Origin: Obrimoposthia wandeli
Lineage: Eukaryota
Direction: 5' to 3'
DNA: 64,000 bases
Assembly (NCBI GenBank): GCA_977020255.1
Contig: CDROCS010003840.1
Coordinates: 62,001-126,000 of the forward strand
This document shows, piece by piece, positions 53,603 through 63,295 of this stretch (the stretch's first letter is position 1; the number at the start of each line of letters is the position of its first letter). The notes under the pieces were generated by a model. It searched no databases. It was not told the origin of the DNA and was given only the letters and a program-made list of their open reading frames with translations. A program made the translations under genes and the position numbers.

Positions 53603-55552
53603 ATGACTCGTCTATATATTGCAGAAAAACCCAGTTTAGGTCGTGCGATTGCCGCGGTATTACCTCGTCCTCATAAAAATAATAATGGTTATATTGAAAT
53701 CGGCAATGGGGACATAGTAACTTGGTGTATCGGGCATTTGCTGGAACAGGTTGAACCCGATGCCTATGACGAGAAATACAAAAAATGGAACATGGCAGAT
53801 CTTCCTATTATCCCAGAGCAATGGCAGCTTTCTCCGCGTAAATCGGCTAAACAGCAATTGGCTGTGGTGCGTAAACTCGCCAAACAAGCCACTGACATTG
53901 TGCATGCTGGCGACCCTGATAGAGAAGGGCAGTTATTAGTTGATGAAGTGATCGATTACGTTAAAGTTTCTGCTAAAAAGAAAACGGAAATTCAGCGTTT
54001 ATTGATTTCAGATTTAAACCCAGCAGCGGTAAAACGTGCCTTATCAAGCATGCGTAGCAATCGTGAATTCATCCCTTTATCTGTTTCTGCTTTAGCGCGA
54101 TCACGTGCAGATTGGCTATACGGTATGAACATGACTCGAGCGTACACTTTGCTTGGTCAGAAAGGCGGTTATCGAGGTGTGTTGTCTGTAGGGCGAGTAC
54201 AAACACCTATTTTAGGGTTAGTGACTCGACGTGATGATGAGATTGCGAATTTTAATCCGAAACCCTTTTACGAAGTATTTGCGCTGATCCCTTATCAAGA
54301 TATGGATATTCGTGCTCGCTGGAAGCCGAGTGAGGCATGCCAACCTTGGCAAGATGAAGAAGGGCGAGTGCTTAATCGTCAGTTGTGTGAGAACGTGCTC
54401 AAGCGCATTAAAGGGCAACCCGCAGAAGTAACAGAATCGGAACGTAAAGAAACACGCCAAGCGCCGCCTTTGCCATATTCTTTATCAGCATTACAAATTG
54501 ATGCCGCCAAGCGATTTGGTATGAGCGCTGTTGATGTACTAGCGAACTGCCAGTCTTTGTATGAAAGGCATAAAGCGATTACTTACCCTCGTTCAGATTC
54601 TCGCTATTTACCCAGCGAGCACTTTAAACAAGCCAACGAAGTATGCCGCGCGGTGGCATCCAATGTGAGCGAGTTGTCATATGCATGCAATGGGGCAAAC
54701 ACGACGTTGAAATCGAAAGCGTGGAATGACAAAAAAGTGGATGCTCACCATGCAATCATACCAACACCAAAACAACTCAGCCCTAATGCATTAAGTGGTA
54801 GCGAGAGTAAAGTTTACCAGTTGATTGCGCGTCAATACGTCATGCAATTTTATCCTGCTGCGATTTATGCTGAAGCGAAGTTAGTGTTTACCATTGCACA
54901 AGGACACTTTATTGCCCGTGGTCGTCAGCTAATGAGTGCCGGATGGCGAGAATTACTAGGGCGAGATCAGGCTGAAGACAAGACGAAAGTCGCTGGAAAT
55001 AGTGACCAAGGGTTAACAGATAAAGTCCCCCCTCTTGATAAGGGGACGGTTTTAACCTGTCGAGAAGGTGAAATCAAAGACAAGATGACCGAGCCGCCGA
55101 AAGCCTTTACTGAGGCGACTCTACTACAAGCGATGACGGGAATTGCCCGCTTTGTTTCGGATAGCTCACTGAAAAAGATACTACGAGATACCGACGGCTT
55201 AGGCACTGAAGCAACTCGTGCGGGTATTTTAGAGTTATTGTTTAAGCGACAGTTACTAATGCGCCAAGCGAAAAATATTCATGCGACGGATGCTGGTCGA
55301 GGGCTTGTTTATGCACTGCCCGATGAAGCGACATATCCCGATATGACGGCTCACTGGGAACACCAGTTGCAAGATATGGCAGATAAAAAATGTGCCTATC
55401 AACCATTTATGGATGCTTTGCAGCAGCAAGTTAGTCAATTGATGGATAAAGTGAAATACAGTGAGGTGCCTGAAAGCCTGCGCCAACTAACATCACCAGA
55501 ACCTAGAAAACCCATGAAAAAAAAGCGTTATACGAAAAGTAAGAAAAGCTAA
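53603..55552 (+). CDS. topB: DNA topoisomerase III
   Basis: LYIAEKPSLG, HAGDPDREGQL, SVGRVQTP, catalytic ITYPRSD, AHHAIIPT, GLGTEATRAGI. Confidence 0.97.
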   Translation: MTRLYIAEKPSLGRAIAAVLPRPHKNNNGYIEIGNGDIVTWCIGHLLEQVEPDAYDEKYKKWNMADLPIIPEQWQLSPRKSAKQQLAVVRKLAKQATDIVHAGDPDREGQLLVDEVIDYVKVSAKKKTEIQRLLISDLNPAAVKRALSSMRSNREFIPLSVSALARSRADWLYGMNMTRAYTLLGQKGGYRGVLSVGRVQTPILGLVTRRDDEIANFNPKPFYEVFALIPYQDMDIRARWKPSEACQPWQDEEGRVLNRQLCENVLKRIKGQPAEVTESERKETRQAPPLPYSLSALQIDAAKRFGMSAVDVLANCQSLYERHKAITYPRSDSRYLPSEHFKQANEVCRAVASNVSELSYACNGANTTLKSKAWNDKKVDAHHAIIPTPKQLSPNALSGSESKVYQLIARQYVMQFYPAAIYAEAKLVFTIAQGHFIARGRQLMSAGWRELLGRDQAEDKTKVAGNSDQGLTDKVPPLDKGTVLTCREGEIKDKMTEPPKAFTEATLLQAMTGIARFVSDSSLKKILRDTDGLGTEATRAGILELLFKRQLLMRQAKNIHATDAGRGLVYALPDEATYPDMTAHWEHQLQDMADKKCAYQPFMDALQQQVSQLMDKVKYSEVPESLRQLTSPEPRKPMKKKRYTKSKKS

Positions 55553-57171
55553 ATGACAAAGTAGCGATTACGACCTTGTGATTTTGCTTCATACAGTGCC
55601 ATATCGGCTTGTTTGAATAATTCTTGATGAGAACTGTGTGACACAGGAGTAACAGTACTAACACCAATACTGATTGTGACGATTGTCGAGTCCCCGTCAG
55701 TATTGGCACATTTCATTCTTGTTAGTTGAAGCTGTTGAATTTCAGCTAATGCTTGTTTGGCTGCGTATTGTGCCGCATGTGTATCTTGCCCTGGTAATAA
55801 GAGCACAAACTCTTCACCACCATAGCGAGCAAATAATGCACCCGCTCTACGTTCTCGTTTTTCTAATGTAGAAGCAATAATCTTTAAACACTCATCGCCA
55901 GCGGCATGCCCGTAATTGTCGTTGTAAGATTTAAAATTATCCACATCCATTATCAATAAAGATAAAGGCAGTTGATGCCGTTCAGCTCGACGCCATTCTT
56001 CGATAATTTTCTTATCAAACACTCTACGGTTAGCAATGTTAGTAAGCGGATCGAGTTTCGATAGGCTTTCTAGCTTTTGATTCACAAGCTCAAGCTCTGC
56101 GGTTCTTTTTGTGACGCGTTGTTCTAATTCTTTATTGAGGTTTCTAAGGTTCTCTTCAGCTTGTCTGCACACGATATTCTGAGAAAGAATAAAACCAAAT
56201 TGTTTGAGTAAATGAGGGTGGTAGTTATACAGTGGGGTACCGGTAATTAGGTTGTCGCAAGCTATCCAACCAACGGGGGTATTTTCATCCCATAATGCAA
56301 TGTAACAACTCCAACCAAAGCCAACTTGTTTAAGATTGTGATACAGCGGAGTATTATTTTCGATAGCAAGGTATTCTTTATTTGAACGGGTGTGTGCTAA
56401 AAACCATAGATTGGGGATATCAGATTCAAAATAATGTTCATCAACCGTTTTACCATGTAGGTCTGTACCATAAGTGCCGCGCATACGGTTATTTTTGTCT
56501 CGAATAAAAATGGCCATGCGATCAATTTGTAATTGTTTTTTGCCTTCTTCAACAGCAGTGTAAAGCATCTCGTTCATTGAGTGTGAACGCCAAAGCTTAA
56601 AAGAAATATCATGCAATGCTTGTAGTTGTTCTAATAAGTTTTTTTGCTCGTGCTGGCTGATTTCTAATTCACGTTCAGCTGAACGACGACCCCAGTGCTC
56701 ATCTTGAATTGACTGAGTAAGAAAGCCTGTATCAATTTCGGAGGCTAATAATGAGGTTAGCGTGGCAAATGCCTCACAATCTAGCAGTGGTTCGCTAAGC
56801 GGTATATCAACCACTAAGCATCCGATAATGCGAGATCGACGCTCTAAAGGTAGCCATAAACGTTGTACATCATGTTGGTGTGTAATATGTGGTTGGTTGT
56901 GCTTTGTGAATTCTATGATGTGATCCAATGGAAAATGATTGCTAGCAGGAATTTCAGAGGGAGGAGATTGATAGCTTATCTCTTGGCTATTCATCTCAAG
57001 CAAGATTTTCCATGTTGATTGAGCGTCGACAATGATTTGGCAATGCAACGCATTAAAGCTTTCACAAAAATTACGGCACGTTAACTCACAAATTGTGCGC
57101 AGGCTATGGGCTTTGCCCCATTGCTCGATAATTCTCTGATAGAAAATACTTAATTGTTGATTACTTGCCAC
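55549..57171 (-). CDS. Sensor (GAF-like)-GGDEF diguanylate cyclase
   Basis: DPLTNIANRR, DVDNFKSYNDNYGHAAGD, ARYGGEEF, TISIG, ADMALYEAKSQGRN. Confidence 0.92.
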   Translation of the reverse strand: MASNQQLSIFYQRIIEQWGKAHSLRTICELTCRNFCESFNALHCQIIVDAQSTWKILLEMNSQEISYQSPPSEIPASNHFPLDHIIEFTKHNQPHITHQHDVQRLWLPLERRSRIIGCLVVDIPLSEPLLDCEAFATLTSLLASEIDTGFLTQSIQDEHWGRRSAERELEISQHEQKNLLEQLQALHDISFKLWRSHSMNEMLYTAVEEGKKQLQIDRMAIFIRDKNNRMRGTYGTDLHGKTVDEHYFESDIPNLWFLAHTRSNKEYLAIENNTPLYHNLKQVGFGWSCYIALWDENTPVGWIACDNLITGTPLYNYHPHLLKQFGFILSQNIVCRQAEENLRNLNKELEQRVTKRTAELELVNQKLESLSKLDPLTNIANRRVFDKKIIEEWRRAERHQLPLSLLIMDVDNFKSYNDNYGHAAGDECLKIIASTLEKRERRAGALFARYGGEEFVLLLPGQDTHAAQYAAKQALAEIQQLQLTRMKCANTDGDSTIVTISIGVSTVTPVSHSSHQELFKQADMALYEAKSQGRNRYFVI

Positions 57172-57437
57172 TAGCGCAGTTCCAAATGATATGTATTGAT
57201 TAATATGAGCTTATTTTTAACCAAATTACGCTAAAAGTATGCGTATACCCCACACTATGTTGTGATTATTCGTATAGATTTATAAAATTGCGATGTATGC
57301 CTCATCGGCACATGGTGAATGTTCTCGAGAACGATAAATCATCATAAGAATTTTTGCAGGGTGTTGAAAATGAGACAAATGTAAATGCCTTGATTGACTA
57401 GCTTTAAAGACTAAAACAATGAATAGTGAGAGCAGTT

Positions 57438-57713
57438 ATGTTCGTAATTATGCGTATAAGTATTGCTGCTGGCATGTTGATTATTGTGAGTGGATGCTCT
57501 GCTACGCGGCATGATCAATTATCGAATTTAGGCTTCACTAGACACTATCTCGATGGCTATCAAGATGGATGTAATAGCCGTAAAGAAGATTTGAATACCT
57601 ATTTAGAGGGTTTTCGTCGAGATCCCGAGCGAATGAAGGTTGAAGGTAAATATGCGAGTGGTTGGAATGATGGTTACGAACAGTGTTATGCCGATAATGC
57701 TGAATATCATTAA
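57438..57713 (+). CDS. Small hypothetical lipoprotein
   Basis: Lipobox VSGC; paired motifs YLDGYQDGC / YASGWNDGYEQC. Confidence 0.75.
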   Translation: MFVIMRISIAAGMLIIVSGCSATRHDQLSNLGFTRHYLDGYQDGCNSRKEDLNTYLEGFRRDPERMKVEGKYASGWNDGYEQCYADNAEYH

Positions 57714-57793
57714 CGCAGCCAATATTAGGCTCAACGTGAATGTGTCAACTTATCTCAGAACGGGACACTATTTTAGGAGGAGACTGTCGATAT

Positions 57794-57820
57794 AAAAAAG
57801 GCAACGAAATCGCTGCCTTT
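57794..57820 (-). terminator. Terminator after yejM
   Basis: Minus strand AGGCAGCGA-TT-TCGTTGCCT followed by a U tract. Confidence 0.75.
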
Positions 57821-57844
57821 AATTATTGCGGGTTTGGCTGAAGG

Positions 57845-59704
57845 CTAATTTGGCTGGTAAAAGCGTTTTAGTTCATTCATTACCTGCATTAACGTCGATA
57901 ACCTAGGTTTACCTTCACTCATCAGCTTGTAATCTTCATCGTAAACACGGTAATTACCGTACTTATCAACGACAGTAGTGCTGTTTTTCTGAATCATTAC
58001 GATATCACGGTCATCTCCAGCCAGAATCCAGCGTCGTTTGGGATTCGTCTCAAACAGATTCGTACCACTGCTGTATGTTGTCGGTGCCGAGGCGACGTCT
58101 AATAGCGACTCCATTAAGGTCGGTACAACATCTAAATGACTGGTAATACGGTCAATTTGTGCGGGCGCTTGCTGTGGCCAATGTATAACCATAGGTACTT
58201 TTAATTGGTACTGACTATAGTTGGTATCTGCACCCCAGCTATTGGTACCGGTTTCGTTAAACTCAGTACCGTGATTAGCTGTGATAATGACAATCGTGTT
58301 ATCAAGTACCTGTTTACGTTCTAGTTCATCAAGGATATCAGCAATTTGCTTATCAACGTGATATGCCGCGTTACGGTAACTATTTTTAAGCAGCAGGTTT
58401 GAATCTACGCCGACTGTATTTATTTTAACGCTACCCAGTGAAGGGGTGAATTGTGGTATGTAATCACCACCTTCTTCGAATTCTTCCACAGAGGTCAGCT
58501 CTAGATAACTGAACCATGGGTTATTATTTTGCTCGCCTAACCAAGTTGTCCAATCTTCAATCGCTATATTATCGTTAGCTTGTTGCTCTGATTCCGTCGA
58601 TAAATGCTTTTCAATCTGTTTATCACTAAAAATAGCCTGAGAGTAAATTGAAGATTTAAATTGGTCACCACTGAATAGCCCAAAGTCATAGCCGCGTTTC
58701 TCCAATGTATTCAGAAGAATCGGGGTGGTCCCTTCAGCGCGTATACTATTAGCGTAACCGCCAGGTAATCCATAGAACAAACCAAAAATACCCACTATGT
58801 TGTCATTGTTAGCACTGTAATGGTTGGTGTAATTCATATTTTGGTTAGCAAACGCAGATAGGTTGGGCATGGTTGTTTCGTTAACCATGTCACTGCGAAG
58901 GTTATCAATCATAACAACGAGTAGGTTTTGGCCTGTTCCCAAGCTATTAAAATTTAAATTTTCGGTTGGATAGCGAATGCGTTGGCTTTCACTTAAGCCT
59001 TGTTCGGCACTCCGCTTAGCATAATCTTGAAGATCAAGCAGACCATGCTTTTCCATAAAGCTTTTCGCTGTCATTGGGTATGACAATGGAAAATTTGAAC
59101 GTTGCATAGTAACAGGATGATACAAGTTAGCATCAGCCCAAATATATAAAAGATGGCTACCCAGGAAGGACATACCAAACACGATAGCGATAGGCACGCC
59201 GACATGTTTACGAGTGAGCTTCCTGAGTTTTCGCCATAGCCATTCTGACAGAATTAACTGTAGAAGGAAGATGATCGGAACAACAATAAAGAGGTACTGC
59301 CAACGGGCATTCAGATCTGTTTTCTCACCACTTAGCAATAGGTCCCAAACTAGGGGACTTAAGTGTAAGCTTATACTTTCGTAAGCATGAGTATCTAACA
59401 ACAATACGGTTAGACCAATCGTGCCGACTAATACGGCAAAAAACCGCATTAAGCGTTGTGAAGGGATCAAAAAGCTCGCAGGGAAAATGATTAATATATA
59501 AAGACCAAATACCAGAAAACCAAAATGACCAACCCAGCTCAACAAGAGGTAAAGTTGTCCAAGTAAGGTTTCTGGCCATTCAGAATGCACAATATATCGC
59601 GAGCCTAATAGCATGGCTGCGATGATATTGAAAAAGCTGAACCAGTGTCCCCAGCTAATCAGCTGTGAGACTTTGTCTTTATAATTATTTCCGCTGGCGA
59701 CCAT
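57845..59704 (-). CDS. yejM: LPS-biosynthesis regulator / sulfatase-like inner-membrane protein YejM (PbgA/LapC)
   Basis: YKDKVSQLISWGHWF, five TM helices, QRSNFPLSYPMTAKSF, ITANHG. Confidence 0.96.
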   Translation of the reverse strand: MVASGNNYKDKVSQLISWGHWFSFFNIIAAMLLGSRYIVHSEWPETLLGQLYLLLSWVGHFGFLVFGLYILIIFPASFLIPSQRLMRFFAVLVGTIGLTVLLLDTHAYESISLHLSPLVWDLLLSGEKTDLNARWQYLFIVVPIIFLLQLILSEWLWRKLRKLTRKHVGVPIAIVFGMSFLGSHLLYIWADANLYHPVTMQRSNFPLSYPMTAKSFMEKHGLLDLQDYAKRSAEQGLSESQRIRYPTENLNFNSLGTGQNLLVVMIDNLRSDMVNETTMPNLSAFANQNMNYTNHYSANNDNIVGIFGLFYGLPGGYANSIRAEGTTPILLNTLEKRGYDFGLFSGDQFKSSIYSQAIFSDKQIEKHLSTESEQQANDNIAIEDWTTWLGEQNNNPWFSYLELTSVEEFEEGGDYIPQFTPSLGSVKINTVGVDSNLLLKNSYRNAAYHVDKQIADILDELERKQVLDNTIVIITANHGTEFNETGTNSWGADTNYSQYQLKVPMVIHWPQQAPAQIDRITSHLDVVPTLMESLLDVASAPTTYSSGTNLFETNPKRRWILAGDDRDIVMIQKNSTTVVDKYGNYRVYDEDYKLMSEGKPRLSTLMQVMNELKRFYQPN

Positions 59705-59757
59705 ATATGTTAGTTCTTCTCAGTCTTAAATGTCGTTTACTACAGCAAACTTAAATC

Positions 59758-59970
59758 TTATTTAGTTGACTTAAGCAGAGCTTGAGAAAATTGCTCGGCA
59801 ATTTCTTTTTTCTTTGATGCTGGAACATCGGCATTAATGATGTTGGTTGCGATGTTACCTACAACCATCAGCGCTAATTCCGCTGATGCATCATGCTTTT
59901 CAAGTACGTCAAACACATCGCTAATGATCTGTTCAATTTTCTGATTTGTATATTTTGAAGTAATTGGCAT
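59758..59970 (-). CDS. yejL: YejL (UPF0352)
   Basis: MPITSKYTNQKIEQII...VVGNIATNII. Confidence 0.94.
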   Translation of the reverse strand: MPITSKYTNQKIEQIISDVFDVLEKHDASAELALMVVGNIATNIINADVPASKKKEIAEQFSQALLKSTK

Positions 59971-60059
59971 AGGAAATCTTGTTTAATGTCTTAGTTTAAA
60001 GTTTAAGAAAGCGCTCTATAATAACCCACACTCTAGTCTTACTGATAACCTTTTCCATT

Positions 60060-61073
60060 ATGAGTCTTACACTTTCTAATGTCATCCTTCATCAGCTGAC
60101 AAAAAACGATCAAGATGAAATTGAGATTAACCTAAGAAATCAGGTGCTTGATGCTAATTCTTCTACTGAGGGGCTCGTTGCAGAACTGCATAGAGTATAC
60201 AGCAGTAAAGGGGCAAAAGGCTTCGCTCTCTTTGCTGAAGATAGTGAATTTTGCCATTGGTTGAAACAATATCGCACTGGCGAAATGGATTTTTTAACTT
60301 TTTCTAACAAATCTGCCCAGCGTTTACAGGTTGAATTAGCAAAATACCCCTTTGCAGAAGCAGGCACATTGGTGATGACAGAATACCAATCACTGGCTAC
60401 TGATTATTTATTTATTGGTTTGTTACCAACTTGCCATAGCATGAAAGTGACAGAGCAATTAGATATCAGCGCAACTGATTATCTTGATGTTGCTAAAATG
60501 GATATTGTTGCTCGCATTGATTTATCATCATGGGAGACTAATTCGGATTCAAATCGTTACCTCACGTTTATTAAAGGCCGCGTGGGACGAAAAATTTCAG
60601 ATTTCTTCCTTGATTTTCTACAAGCTGTCGTTGGTCTTGATGCAAAAGAACAAAATCAAGTGTTGATGCAAGCCGTTGAAGATTTTTGTGCTGATTCTCG
60701 TCTTGATAAAGAAGAGAAGCAGCAATATCGTAAGCAAGTTTATGACTACTGTAATGGTCAATTACAAGCTGGTGATGAAGTGGCGGTTAAAGAATTGGCG
60801 GGTGAATTACCACCTTCAGAAGACGGCACTAATTTTTATGAATTCACGTCAAAGCAAGGTTATGAGCTAGAAGAAAGCTTCCCTGCTGATCGTACCGCGA
60901 TGCGTAAATTGACGAAATTTGTGGGTGCGGGTGGTGGCATGTCGATTAATTTTGACAGCATGTTATTGGGTGAGCGTATTTTCTATGATGCAGAAACCGA
61001 TACCTTGACGATTAAAGGCACTCCCCCTAACTTGAAAGATCAGTTATTACGCCGTTTGAATACTGATAATTAA
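60060..61073 (+). CDS. yejK: Nucleoid-associated protein YejK (NdpA)
   Basis: ILHQL, RYLTFIKGRVGRKISDFF, TIKGTPPNLKDQL. Confidence 0.97.
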   Translation: MSLTLSNVILHQLTKNDQDEIEINLRNQVLDANSSTEGLVAELHRVYSSKGAKGFALFAEDSEFCHWLKQYRTGEMDFLTFSNKSAQRLQVELAKYPFAEAGTLVMTEYQSLATDYLFIGLLPTCHSMKVTEQLDISATDYLDVAKMDIVARIDLSSWETNSDSNRYLTFIKGRVGRKISDFFLDFLQAVVGLDAKEQNQVLMQAVEDFCADSRLDKEEKQQYRKQVYDYCNGQLQAGDEVAVKELAGELPPSEDGTNFYEFTSKQGYELEESFPADRTAMRKLTKFVGAGGGMSINFDSMLLGERIFYDAETDTLTIKGTPPNLKDQLLRRLNTDN

Positions 61074-61134
61074 TCGTTAGGGCCTAGTACTTAATACTTG
61101 GCACTTAATATCTAGTATTCGACGGCTTTTATAC

Positions 61135-61188
61135 AAACCACCTAACGTGCTTTTGTGAAATACAAAGGTAAACGAAGGTGGTTTTTTT
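61135..61188 (+). terminator. Extended hairpin terminator after yejK
   Basis: AAACCACCT...AGGTGGTTTTTTT enclosing TTTGT-GAAAT-ACAAA. Confidence 0.75.
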
Positions 61189-61326
61189 GTGCCTGCTTTT
61201 CATATTTATGACTTGTTGGTATTCACTCATATATTGTCTACTCTTTTAATAATACAAAACAAATTTCATATTAAGGTATTGAGAGTCGTTGTCCTTACTT
61301 TAAATTGTAACTTTTCAGGTGGTTAA

Positions 61327-62652
61327 ATGCGTAAAGTGCAGTCGCTCGATAGTAGGCGTACTCGTAAAATACTTAATGTGATGATTTTTATCATTGCAGC
61401 TTCTGTGGTGGGGGTGAGCTACTTTTCTTATCAATCTTCCCAAGCATTGAATGTTATTGCTCAAATTTCGAGTCTAGAAAGTGAGGCAGAACAACTTCAG
61501 AATGGCTTGCTAATGTATGTATCAGAGTTAGTGTTGTTCAATATGGTACTGATGGGCATAACATCAGTACTGGCTATTACTTCAATGTTTACTGCTGTTA
61601 GGCTACTGATTTCAGTGGAAGCGATAGAGCGTTCTGAAGCAGTAGATCGATCTGAAACTGAAGAGCGATCCGATACAGTCGAAGCACAATACGTAGAAGA
61701 GACGATTTCTGTAGCAACGATTGTAACTAAACCTGACGAAAAACCATTAGCTGCAACTCAACGTTCACCTCAAGGTACGCGTTATCATGATTCATCAGAA
61801 GATTCGATCATAGACATCAATTATATTTTAGAGAGCATGAATGGTGACAAAGAATCGGTTGTGATGTTGTTAGAGATATTTCGAGAAGAGCATGCAGCCG
61901 ACGGGTTACAACTGAGAGAATTGATCGAAGATTCAAAAAACGAAGATGCATTATGTTTAGTGCACAATTTAAAAGAGGTGGCTGGTGGTCTTGGTACGTC
62001 AAGATTAAAAGTTGAATCTGAACGACTTGAACAAAATTATCAACAGCAAAAGTCAGTAACGGTTAATGATGCAGAAAAATTGACTGTTCTTATTTATCAA
62101 GTCGTTAATGCGATTAATGAATATTTGATCGTTGAAATAAAAGACTCCAATAATATCCCACTGAATATAGACGCAAAGAAAACCTCATCTATCGTAGACG
62201 CAAGTGATGAAGTGTCGGGGAGTACCAAACAGTCAGTGGTTGATAAAGATAAAGAAAAAAGACCGTCATTTTCTGAATCCACATCTAAGGTTGCTATCGA
62301 TCTTCCACTGATGTTGGAAGCAATGGATGGCGATCTAGATTCTGTACAAATAATCTTGGGTATCTTTATGGATGAACATGCCTCTGATGCAGAAAAATTA
62401 CACCATTTCGTATCGCAGTGTGAGCCAACCAATATTAGCGAACCAGCTATCAGAATCGTACATAGCTTAAAAGGTGTAGCAGGTAGTTTGGGCGCGGCAA
62501 AACTAAAAGCGATAACGGGTGAAATTGAAATGAAGTTTATACAGCATCAAGTTGTGGGTGATGCGGATTATCGCGTTTTATCTCTTGCTCTAGATGAATG
62601 TATTACGCAAGCTATATCTTATATTTCTGAAGAATCTAATGTTCATGCTTAA
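61327..62652 (+). CDS. Membrane-anchored protein with two Hpt (histidine phosphotransfer) domains
   Basis: Two N-terminal hydrophobic segments; Hpt1 (aa ~161-265, VHNLKEVAGGLG, His213) and Hpt2 (aa ~323-435, VHSLKGVAGSLG, His379). Confidence 0.85.
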   Translation: MRKVQSLDSRRTRKILNVMIFIIAASVVGVSYFSYQSSQALNVIAQISSLESEAEQLQNGLLMYVSELVLFNMVLMGITSVLAITSMFTAVRLLISVEAIERSEAVDRSETEERSDTVEAQYVEETISVATIVTKPDEKPLAATQRSPQGTRYHDSSEDSIIDINYILESMNGDKESVVMLLEIFREEHAADGLQLRELIEDSKNEDALCLVHNLKEVAGGLGTSRLKVESERLEQNYQQQKSVTVNDAEKLTVLIYQVVNAINEYLIVEIKDSNNIPLNIDAKKTSSIVDASDEVSGSTKQSVVDKDKEKRPSFSESTSKVAIDLPLMLEAMDGDLDSVQIILGIFMDEHASDAEKLHHFVSQCEPTNISEPAIRIVHSLKGVAGSLGAAKLKAITGEIEMKFIQHQVVGDADYRVLSLALDECITQAISYISEESNVHA

Positions 62653-62737
62653 GGTTTGAAAGCTCAGACGTTATTACAGTATTTTACGCTGTAAAATGAT
62701 GGATTTATCGACATAAAAGTGTGATCGAAGTATTATT

Positions 62738-62751
62738 TTGATCTTAATCAA
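62738..62751 (+). promoter_or_regulatory. FNR-type site upstream of the ygbA-like gene
   Basis: TTGAT-CTTA-ATCAA, exact FNR consensus. Confidence 0.75.
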
Positions 62752-62787
62752 CAATCAAATGGTGTAGCGGCGGATAATAGCCGCACT

Positions 62788-63150
62788 ATGACAGTACTAA
62801 ATAGACATTCAGTTCGTACGCAACGTGAACTGGATACAGTGACGGCGATGATTCGCCTATATTGTAAAACGTTGCACCGTGGGGCGATTACTTGCCCTGA
62901 ATGTGAAAGTCTTCTCGCGTATGTTGAAAGTAGGATGGCTAATTGTCGTTTATCCGATGAAAAACCAACATGCTTACAATGTCAGGGACATTGTTACCAA
63001 TCAGCAAAACGCTTGCAAATCATGCATGTGGTGCGCTGGTCGTTACCAAGGTTCATGTGGCGGCATCCAGTTAAAGCGCTGCAGTTTAAATTCGATAAGA
63101 TGCGTTCAAACACTATTTTATCTTCACGTAGAGCTGGCTATATTAAATAG
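62788..63150 (+). CDS. ygbA: YgbA-family (nitrosative-stress-associated) Cys-rich protein
   Basis: RE..TV..MIRLYC...CPECESLLAY...C....KPTCLQC..HCY....R..I..VVRWS.PR...RHP. Confidence 0.85.
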   Translation: MTVLNRHSVRTQRELDTVTAMIRLYCKTLHRGAITCPECESLLAYVESRMANCRLSDEKPTCLQCQGHCYQSAKRLQIMHVVRWSLPRFMWRHPVKALQFKFDKMRSNTILSSRRAGYIK

Positions 63151-63201
63151 CTTGATGATAGTGATAGAGCAAGGGCGGGAGCCGCTGAAGTAGGGTATTA
63201 C

Positions 63202-63275
63202 AAAGGCTGTGTTTTGAGAGTTGTTTTTCGGTAATCATCAAATTACCGAAGTACAGTTAACAGATCACAGCCTTT
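63202..63275. terminator. Long nested hairpin between convergent ygbA and M20 genes
   Basis: Outer AAAGGCTGTG/CACAGCCTTT, inner TTCGGTAAT-CATCAA-ATTACCGAA. Confidence 0.7.
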
Positions 63276-63295
63276 TTTATTACGTATGTTTTATA

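Noticed and set aside
57714-57844. Expected tRNA-Pro downstream of yejM (as in E. coli)
   Set aside because: No cloverleaf, T-loop GTTCRA or CCA end visible.
62694-62718. NsrR-like site upstream of ygbA (GATG...CATA)
   Set aside because: Only one half-site matches and the core spacing is 10 rather than 11 nt.
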